DNA of 64,000 nucleotides, taken from assembly GCF_009914755.1 (NCBI RefSeq), contig NC_060926.1, one strand, 5' to 3'. This DNA is from the human T2T-CHM13v2.0 reference genome, Homo sapiens. The position numbers were made by a program, and so were the translations under genes. Within the stretch, counting starts at the first letter, position 1, and every line of letters starts with the position of its first letter. The notes under the pieces are model-generated. The model had not been told where the DNA came from, ran no database searches, and saw only the letters and a program-made list of their open reading frames with translations. Shown piece by piece: positions 13,097-23,358 of this stretch.

Positions 13097-13338
13097 GGCA
13101 CGATATCGGCTCACTGCAATCTCTGCTTCCCGGGTTAAAGCAATTCTCATGCCTCAGCCTTCTGAGTAGCTGGGATTACAGGCATGTGCCACCACACCTG
13201 GCTAATTTTTGTATTTTTAGTAGAGATGGAGTTTCGCTATGTTGTCCAGGCTGGTCTGAAACTCCTGACCTCAAGTGATCTGCCTGCCTCTGCCTCTGAA
13301 AGTGCTGAGATTACAAGTGTGAATCACCACACCCAGCC
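13097..13338 (-). mobile_element. AluS lacking its 3' ~45 nt and poly(A) tail
   Basis: Alu sequence begins abruptly at ggcacgatatcggctcactgc, with no T-tract to its left. Confidence 0.9.
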
Positions 13339-13800
13339 CCATCCAAGTTTTTGTCAATCCCTCTTTTCTTGGCTTGGGTCCCATTTCATCCCCTTGGCCA
13401 CTACTCAGAGCCTTATTGCATATGTATTGATTTCCTAGTACAATGGGCAACAACAATCTAACTCTGGAGCATCTGCTCAAAGTCCAGACTTCCTGCTGCT
13501 ATTTTCAGCTTACCTGAGCAAGGGCATAATGGAGATTGTGACCATCTCTCCTCCCACATGCCTACTGTCACCTGAGCATCCTGGCTGTCCTTTCCAGGAC
13601 TGATACCTGGAATAGGTAATTCTCGTGTTCTCAGTGTTTCTGTAGCCCTATTTTTGCATCAGGGCTATGGCAGGATGTTACAAATGTCTAACGCAGGATG
13701 CACTGTGAAGTCCAGTTTGTCATATGACTTCTTTTCAGAACTGTGAAGAACCAGCCTTGGCTGAGCTGTCCTGACCAAGAGGGCAGTCAGTATTATGACA

Positions 13801-13866
13801 ACTTCCCTATTAATACTTTCCAACTTGGGCTGTTGGAAAGTATTAGGGAAAGTATTAGGGAAAGTA
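13801..13866. repeat. Perfect 14-bp inverted repeat overlapping a 12-bp tandem repeat
   Basis: taatactttccaac (13811-13824) pairs with gttggaaagtatta (13832-13845). GGAAAGTATTAG repeats 2.7 times at 13835-13866. Confidence 0.95.
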
Positions 13867-13879
13867 AAGGCTTGGGGAG

Positions 13880-14520
13880 ATTGGGAATTCTGATTAGCTC
13901 AAATGCATTGTATTTAAATGATTGCATAAACAGATGTGATCGATGACGACTACTCATTAATCTCACAGAGCGGCTAGACCAGTGCAAACTCAACAGCATC
14001 TCAATTCCACTGCCAAATTAGTCCAGGCTGATCCTAAGGCTAGACAGTCCTTTGTTATGAGTAACTCATGCAGCTGTACAAACATGCCTCAGGTCTATTT
14101 GTTTCTTTAATCCAATTGAATTCCACTAGGACATCTTTTCATTCTCTTACTGCTATGATTTATGGCTGTAATGATAAGCCTTCTGTAATCCTAAAGCTTA
14201 AAGAACTTCAGCACCCTGGCCTGGGGAAGTCATCAGGTTTAGTGGAAACAGAATTGGTCTTAGCATCAGACACTCTACCTCAAAGTCATGTGGCAGCAGA
14301 TCATAAAGTTGGTCTGTTCCTTCTCTTTCCCTCCACCTCTCTCTACAGTCTCTTTGGCAAATTGATGAACATATATGCTATTGAATTAAAGCTAATTTTA
14401 GTCCCAAAGCCATTAAAAAATAAGCTCCTGGGGGAATTTAAAGTAATTTCATTTCAGCTGATTAAGATATTTAGATATGATGCATCACATTTTATGCTCG
14501 AAAACACTGTCAAAGTCAAA
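13880..14520. promoter_or_regulatory. Candidate conserved non-coding element / enhancer
   Basis: No recognisable repeat. Clustered TGATTTATGG (PBX-HOX), TAATCC (OTX/PITX), CTTTGT (SOX), CAGATG/CAGCTG E-boxes, TGTCA (MEIS), GCCATTAAA. Motif-based only. Confidence 0.35.
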
Positions 14521-15049
14521 AGCACACTAAGTATAGTGTGTCGTATGAGCTAACATAGTGGTAGTGGTATCTATTAAAATTTTTGACAACTCAGAGAAAA
14601 ATTCCTTAAAAGCTTTCCTGATTTCTTAGTCATAAGAGAAAAGTTCAGAGTATCTAGACACCTGTAAGATGGATTCCTAACCATCAAAGATCTGTTTGCA
14701 AATTAATATTTTTACAGTTTGCTCTTAACTTAGATGTAGCCTTGTTTCTGAGCCTGTTTTTATTCCCATTTTGATTTTAGTCTTATTTAATGATTTCTAA
14801 TCGCTATGTCTCAAGAATCATTTAGCCATATACACAGAGTTAATTACCAGCAAATCCCATGTGACAGGTAGTAAAGAGGCCCTTAAGAAAATATCTTATT
14901 AGTCTTTTATATAAAAATAATGTCATGTCCAGAAATACATAGGCACTTTACAAATTGCCACTGGCTGCTCTTTACATACATACCAAGCCTATAAATAGAA
15001 GACCAGATTAATATTGTTATCCTCAGTGTACACACAGCCTTCTACACAA

Positions 15050-15300
15050 TACACAAACATTCTTTAAGTACTTACTATGTGCTAAACATTTCACTGGTGC
15101 TGGACATGAACCATTTCATTTAATTCTGATAATAGTCCTGATAATCGGTTCTGAGATTACTTCTCTTTTAGAGATGAGAAAACAGAGGCTTCAAAGGTCT
15201 TAAATGACTTTTCTGAGATAACGTATCTAGGGATTTTTGGAACTGGGATTTGAATCAAATTAGTGTAATTATAGGGCTCTGACATGTAACCATCATATGA
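15050..15300 (-). mobile_element. MIR SINE
   Basis: aagtacttactatgtgcta...tttagagatgagaaaacagaggct...gaactgggatttgaatc is a near-complete reverse MIR. Confidence 0.8.
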
Positions 15301-16689
15301 CCCTACGTATGGAAGTACAATGTACGATTTTTATATAAAAGAGTATCGTGCAGCGTTCTCTGGGATCAAGAGGAGGCATTACCTGCCTTTGGTTTACTTA
15401 AGTACCACTTATGTGACAGCCCTGTTTCATGAATGCTGGCCATGAATATAAGGAGGAATGTTCCAACTGGGAGCCACCCTGGGTGGCATTGGGTTAAATT
15501 AAAGGGTATTTTTAGAGCCCCCAACTCCTCACCCTAAAACACTTTCTCCCTTACTGGAGACCTCTTTCTACCTGTCCCCCTTAAGACAGTGTTCTTGTCA
15601 CTACAGTGTAGTACAAGGAACAGGGAATTTGCTGTCAGAAAGATACAAGTTCAAATCTCTGGTCTATGATTTGCAAATTTTATGATTTTGAGCATATAAC
15701 TTCAAACCTCTGAATTTAATTTTACTGTTATACAAACAATAAATTATACAAATGGGGATTTATACAAATGAGTATATTACTGTTGACTTCAGAAGCATAT
15801 TTTGAGAATAAAAGACTAAAAGGGGAGAAAATGGGTGAAATATGACCTATGAAGCTCAACACCTGCAGTGCAGTGTGTGCTCAGCCAGTGCAGTGTCTCC
15901 TTTGTTCGCAGGAAGGTTTTTACATCACTCTTTGTAGTTTGGTACAATCACACTCCAAATTAGATTTTCTTTCTCAAAAGGATAGCTAAACACCAAGCTC
16001 AACATTTCACTGGCTTCTTCTTTTAAAGGAAATTAAAATGTTAAATGTTTTAGTAAGGATGTGTTTTAGGGGTACATATTAGTGCTGCAAAATTCAACTC
16101 CAGGACAGGTAATTTTTCTTGGGATGTGTTGTTTCTAATCTGATAGTTATAAGCACTAACCAGAAAATGGATGAGAGAGTTGAGTCCAAAGAGATGTTCT
16201 AAAGAAAGCAAAACTAAGTTCTCTGCCATAAACTCTAAAATGTAATGAAAATGTGAGGATCCATGGGTTCTTTCAAACTCTAATGTGAAGTTTCTATTTC
16301 CTTGGACTGCGATACCAAGGCATAGCTCTGCTCTGCAAAACTACACTGGAGTTACAGTATTTCCAAACGGCTCCTTCCCATCAGTAAGTAAGCAGTCTTG
16401 GTCATAATCAATATGTGCAATTAGAGAATCAGTGACTGGGCATCCCCTTCCTTAAGCTACTCACTATAATGCCATTCTCAGATGATTGCCAGGCAAAGAG
16501 AAAGCATTTTGATCATCATTCCAGTTAGTTGAATACATTTATTTAGTGTTAAATTCTTCTGCTTCACGACAAGACCCACCTCCACATCCCAAATAATTGC
16601 ATCAGCTGTGACTCTACATAACTAACATCTTTTCGTTTCAGTTTCCTCCTGCTCATATCCTACCTTCTTTCTCTTCCTCCTCCTCCTCC

Positions 16690-16717
16690 TTTTTTTTTTT
16701 TTTTTTTTTTTTTTTTT
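16690..16717. repeat. Poly(T) tract, T28
   Basis: Pure T run preceded by (TCC)n. Confidence 0.95.
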
Positions 16718-16899
16718 GGAGACATTAAGGGTTCATGTGGTTAAAATTATTCTTTCTCTGTTCAGACTTCAAGTCTTTGGTGAGATTAAATAAACTATTT
16801 TTAAATAATGAAATTTTTAACTGCCTTAGTTTTCTAGGGTGCTAAATATGTTTTTGTTTTCAAAGTACTGTGTTCCTTTACTCTTTCATTGTATGGATG

Positions 16900-16947
16900 C
16901 TCGCTGAGCACTTTATAGGTGTCCTCGCTGAGCATCTTATAGGTGTC
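16900..16947. repeat. 24-bp tandem duplication within a probable L2 relic
   Basis: ctcgctgagcactttataggtgtc followed by ctcgctgagcatcttataggtgtc. Confidence 0.9.
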
Positions 16948-17248
16948 CTGGAATATAGACGCGTCTATCCTATGGTTCCTGCTCTGAAAGAGCTCGTAGG
17001 AAGTAAAGATATGACTAAAATTACTTAAAAAACAGAAAAAAAGTGATATAGGAAGATCAAAAGGGAATAAGGCACTGTTGATTGAACCTTGATTGTTTAC
17101 TGAAAGTAGTGAAACCAAAATGCTTTGTGGTCAAAATACACAGGAAGGACGGATAATTAGGGATCATCCCTAATTAAAGCTGTTCAGCTTCTCTGGAACC
17201 CCAGGTACATAAAGAGAAGTGGTAGGAGATAAGGATAAGGAAAGGTAG

Positions 17249-17731
<483 letters not shown>

Positions 17732-19614
17732 TAACATGATCTGTTGCAGCAACCCTATAGTACTGCTCAGTGTCAAAAGATTGGGTTGGAGGAGGGAAAG
17801 ATACCCGAAAGAGAAACAGGAGAAGGCATCAGCCGCTGTGAGAACCGCGATGATGCCAGATCTTGCCCTCTCACTCCTACGCGGTGCCCGCAGCCCCGGT
17901 GACCTGTTGTTGCAGTTTTTACCCAGTTTGCTAAAGAGGGGGCTATTTTGAGATAGAAAAAAGCTGTGATGAGGAAGAGGGGAACTATAGTGATCTTAGT
18001 ACTTTTTCTGCAAAAAGCAACAAAAAGCCAATTTGATTATTATCAGAACACAAAATTTAAATTAATCTGAAGTCAAAGAGACTGGAAACATTTTTTGTCT
18101 TTTGAATAGTACCCTGCATTCATGGTAGAGCAAAACATCTCCCAGTTAAAAAGCTTTTTATTGATAGACTGGTTGTTCATATTGATTAAATATACCAAAG
18201 CCAAAATTTATGGGTAAAACTCAATGTTTTCTAGCAAAATCACCATTTTCATCAACTAGGGTATATTGAGGGTATTTATTTCTTTTAAATAATAATATGC
18301 AATGCTGAGGTCTGTGTAGGAAACACAATGAGCCCAATAAACTGAATTTGAGTTATTTAGCACAGTCAATAAAAAGCAGGTTTGAGAAATAGACTAATAG
18401 TAGATATATTTGCAAAAGGGAACAGTTTGTGTCAATGGCATGCCACAACTCATTTTTTATATTTATTAATGAAGAAAAGCATAATATCTCTATTTGTCAA
18501 TATATTATTAATAGTTATTGAGAATCTGTGCATACCCATGAATAATCTGAACTTGCTCATTATTTAAAAAGTTGCTTGACTTATAATTTTTCAAAATTTA
18601 GACTGATTTTCCATTTATATTACTACTCAACAGTGTTTTGTATTATGCCAGATATTTTAGAATGGAAGAAATAAAACTCATAAATAAATGTGCTTTCGTT
18701 GTTTACATAGATTAATAAGTTGGCTTGCCATATATAAATCCTCTGTTCTGGAAGGCTAACAGAAAGATGTTTCTTTTAGTAGTTAAGGAAATTAGTGGTT
18801 ACATGACTCAATTCTTTGCATGGGAAAACAATTGAATGAGACTTCTTTCAGACATCAGTAATAGAGAAACATACTGGACTATCACATTATTTTTTAAAAG
18901 AGGAATCGAATAAACTATGGACTAACAATAAAATTTTCTTTGTGATTGAGAACAAAATCTTTACTATATAATCAACTAATGTTCATGTGACCTAGAAGAA
19001 GTCTGACTTAGAGTAAATATTTTATCAAGGTGAGGTGAAAATTTAACCTGAAAAAGTAGGTTTTGATTTTAGTTTGCATGTAAATAAATAGAAAAGATCT
19101 TCACTCTTGTGGTAATACTAAGAAAAAAAGAAAAGACAAAATAATAATTATGCTTTCTGTGAGACAACTGAGAATTAGCGGACAAGAGGAAATCTAAATG
19201 AATTGACTTTCACAGAGAGAAGCCCTTCAAAGGTGAGTAGTGGGCTGTGGCAGCTGCCTGGAGGCTGGAGGAACAAGAAGCCTGCCAGAGGCTTTGCCTG
19301 GCTGGAAGAGGCAAGCTGTACTGTGGGTGATGGTTGATGTACCCAAGATAGATTGAAACTGGAGTACCTCAAACACAATAATATTTTTGTGGCCTGAAAT
19401 CTCTCCCTGCTCGCCTCTAAATTTTACTTTAGCAGGGCAGTGAAAGAGAAGCTGAGACACAGAAAGAATTCATGAAGTCTCGCATATTCTCATTGTGTCT
19501 GGAACTGGGACCTCCTATGTTAAATCCAAAGGTGGAATCTCAGCTCACCTCCTCCTGACTCAAACATGAATAATATCAAAGAGATTCAACACCCCAAACC
19601 CTCTCCCCTCCCCA

Positions 19615-19615
<1 letters not shown>

Positions 19616-19649
<34 letters not shown>
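19616..19649. repeat. (CA)17 microsatellite
   Basis: Uninterrupted CA run. Confidence 0.95.
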
Positions 19650-19650
<1 letters not shown>

Positions 19651-20168
19651 CTGTGCACTCGCAGTGGGACTGGGCTGAAAAGAGATGAGTTTAATCCTAT
19701 TAATGCTGAAATCCAGTTCCAGATCAAACTGACTTCTGGCAAAATCCAAATGACTACCTAATTGCTTCAGCTGCCAAAATAGGAAAGAGTTTGTATTCTT
19801 CGGGAGGAGATAAAAATGACCTAAAAGAAACAAATCAATGAAAATCCTCAAAACTTTAGTATTCTTCAGATGCCACTGTTTTTTAACACAGTGTCTGCTA
19901 TAAAATAAAAAGGTTATGAGATGTAAGAAGAAACAAGGAGATGGGACCCGCAATTAGGAAAAGCCCTTCTGGTTTTAGCCTCCCAAGTAACCCTTCAGAG
20001 ACACCTGCTGCCTCCAAATACTGAGCCCTCCCAGAACACCTCACTGGTTCTTGTTCTATGCTCTCTACTGGCACCTGTTTCTATTTGTGCCTCATGGTTG
20101 TGTTATTTACCACTCACTTGTATACTTCCTTCTTCGAATTAAAAAAAAAAAAAAAGGAGTGGGAGGCG

Positions 20169-20470
20169 GGGCGGGCGCTGTGGCTCATGCCTGTAATCTC
20201 AGCACTTTGGGAGGCCGAGGCAGGCGGATCACCTGAGGTCAGGAGTTCAAGACCAGCCTGGCCAACATGGTAAAACCCCATCTCTACTAAAAATATATAC
20301 AAAAAAAGTAGCCGGCCGTGGTGGTGGGCACCTGTAATCCCAGCTACTCAGGAGGCTGAGACAGGAGAATTGCTTGAACCCAGGAGACAGAGGTTGCAGT
20401 AGGCTAACAGTGCCATTGCACTCCAGCCTGGGCTATAGAGTGAGACTCCATCTCAAAACAAAACAAAAAA
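20169..20470 (+). mobile_element. AluSx/Sq-like
   Basis: Full dimeric Alu with A-rich tail. Confidence 0.95.
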
Positions 20471-20473
20471 TCT

Positions 20474-20796
<323 letters not shown>

Positions 20797-20997
20797 TTAA
20801 TGCCATTTTCTCGTTGCTTCAGGAGGAAGAAGAGGTAAATGCATATATTCAATCTGCTGTGTATAAGCCCAAATTGTTATTTTGATGATGATAGCTAGAT
20901 TGCCGCTGAACTCCACTCTGAGATTGTCTTTTTATTATTCTCTTTACACTTCGAATATATAAAAATTCATATATTTATATATGTAAATTAGTATATA

Positions 20998-21342
20998 CAG
21001 CTGGCTCTTCATATCTGTGGGTTCTGTGTCTGCTGATTAAACCAACCACAGATTGAAAATATTTTTTAAAAAGAATGGTTGTGTCTGTACTGAACATGTG
21101 CAGATATTTTTTTCTTATCGTCATCCCCTAAATAACACAGGATAACAACTACACAGCATTTACATTGTATTAGATATTACAGGTAATCGAGAGATAATGT
21201 AAAGTACATGGGAGAATGTTCCTAGGTTATATGCAAATACCTAGCCATTTTATATAAGGGATTTGAACATCCACAGAGTTTGGTATTTGCAGAGGTAGAG
21301 GGAGACTCTTGGAACCTAATTCCCCATGGATACGAAGGGATG

Positions 21343-21346
<4 letters not shown>
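20998..21346 (-). mobile_element. MER2 (TcMar-Tigger non-autonomous DNA transposon)
   Basis: TIR-like ends cagctggctcttcatatctgtggg ... cccatggatacgaagggatgact. Internal taggttatatgcaaatac...attttatataaggg is characteristic. TA at the left flank. Confidence 0.9.
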
Positions 21347-21393
<47 letters not shown>

Positions 21394-21412
21394 ATTTATA
21401 TATATATATGTA
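21347..21412. repeat. (TG)18(CG)3...(TA)n compound microsatellite
   Basis: Alternating purine-pyrimidine tract abutting the MER2 end. Confidence 0.95.
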
Positions 21413-21879
21413 TAATTCATAAAATGAATATAAAGTTCAAGATTACAGCCAGGTGTAAGATAACTTTGACATGGTCTTGTCTCTTAGATTTCCACAGTCA
21501 TATTATGGTTTGTGGAGTCCTAATTTCCCTGATTCTCTCTCTCTCTAGGTCTCTGTCTCTCTATCTCTGTCTCTACCAGCATTTTTAGCTGTTTTCAATG
21601 GGAAAGTTTGTTTTTTTTTTTTCAGGGTCACTAATCTGCCACATTGCCAGAAACGATAGTTTCTAGGTTCTTCTTTACTAATAAAATTGACAACATGATA
21701 GCCGGGCAGTTGGGTTCACTTTTAAGTTCAATGATTCAACATAGTCAGGCCTAAGTCTCTTCTAAACCCTTGTAACCAAAACTAGGAATGTGGAAACCAA
21801 AGCCTGAGTCTTCATGTGGACAACAGCGTGTATTTCTTCCAGAAGACCCAGATGAAGGGAATTTTGAAGGGCTGCTGAT

Positions 21880-22110
21880 ATTGGAGCTAGGGCTTTGAGA
21901 TCGGACAGATCTGGGATTGATTCCTGATTTCCCACTTTTGCTAATAGTGTGAATCTTCTCGGATTATTTAACCTCTCCTGAGCTTGTAACTTTATCTATA
22001 AAACAAGTATAATCATGCCTACCTCGTTGTTTCTATGAGGATTACTCACAACTGAAAACAATATTTATCACTATGTCTAGCACAAAGTAGTTACTCCAAT
22101 GGCAACTATT
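21880..22110 (+). mobile_element. MIR SINE
   Basis: ggctttgagatcggacagatctgggattgattcctg...ttatttaacctctc...cctacctc. Confidence 0.7.
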
Positions 22111-23291
22111 AGAAAAATAATTTTTCATACTGTCATTCTGTGATTTGGGATGTCTCCGAGTATATATGTGAGGGGCAAGGCCGTGTAATGAATGCCCATA
22201 CTTTCTTGCTTAAGAGGGAATATTCTGAATCTATATTTTGAGATTAGATTTATGGGCTTAGGTAGAAGTGATTCTTTACCAATTCTCAGCTTCCCATGAA
22301 ACATTAGGGAGGCAATTTGTGCAATGTTTTGTCGTGATCAATCTTTAGACCTTCTGAGCTCAAATTGCACCGATTGATGGACATCAATCTGATGACCTCA
22401 TCACCTGGTTATGATGTCTTGAACAGGTATGACAATCATCAGCAGATTTTGCTGGGTATCTGAAGTTGAAAAAGAATGGTTTCTTACCTCTTTTGTGAAA
22501 AAATGACTGGAAATGAATATACTTGCTACCTATGGCATAGTTATTATCTTTAAAACCTGAGCTGCAGTGATGTAGATATATTATTTAGAGGTACAATGAC
22601 TTCTTTTATATCAAATAACCTGAAATGATTCTCCAAGGGTATTTCAATGTGGCCTGTCTACATCAATATGACTGAGGAAATAAAGTGTTGCACCAGTATT
22701 TCATTGCAGCAAATCTTCAATCTTGTTGTCATACCTTTCAGAGGAAAATAAGTTCTGGATTAAACATAAACAAGTGGATTGGATAATGCTTCTATTAGGA
22801 AATCATTTCTTATTCCTTATTTTAAATAAAACTATTTTTTTTAACAAATCAAAGGAATTTTCAGGTAGAACAGTTGTATTTTATGAAACTCAGAGTAAGG
22901 CAATAACCCATTCCTGTGCTGCTTAAAGAGTGATTGGAAACACTTAAAATACAATTATAATTTGATCTTTGAAGTGAAAACATCATGTGCATTGATCTGT
23001 TGATAGTTTCCTTTTCTTTGTTATTTTATTGAGTTAACAGAATTCCCCTCAGTCTTCCTCCTACCAGTATTATTACTGAGCACCTAGCGCATGCCAAATG
23101 CTGGAGACAGGAATGAAAGAGACTTTGTCTCTTTCCTAAAGAAGGTTACTGGGAAGAACAAGGAGCCTAATGAGCAAATCAAAACTGGAAGGTACTAAAT
23201 GTAGAGAAGGAAGATGTTTACTGTTTTAGGAGGTTGGTGTCCTTTGAAGCTAAACTGAAGCAATTACTGTGAAAAGGTAAGGGGAATGTTG

Positions 23292-23358
23292 TTTGGTTGG
23301 TGCAAATGTAATTGCATTTTTTTTGCCATTAACCACAATTACATTTGCTCCAACCTGA
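23292..23358. mobile_element. MADE1 (Hsmar1-derived MITE), internally deleted
   Basis: tttggttggtgcaaatgtaattgc...ttgccatt|aaccacaattacatttgctccaacctga matches the MADE1 palindrome minus about 15 central nt. It sits within an L2 relic. Confidence 0.85.

Noticed and set aside
14068-14553. 161-aa ORF, the longest outside repeats
   Set aside because: No recognisable domain, composition typical of AT-rich non-coding DNA, and no supporting exon structure.
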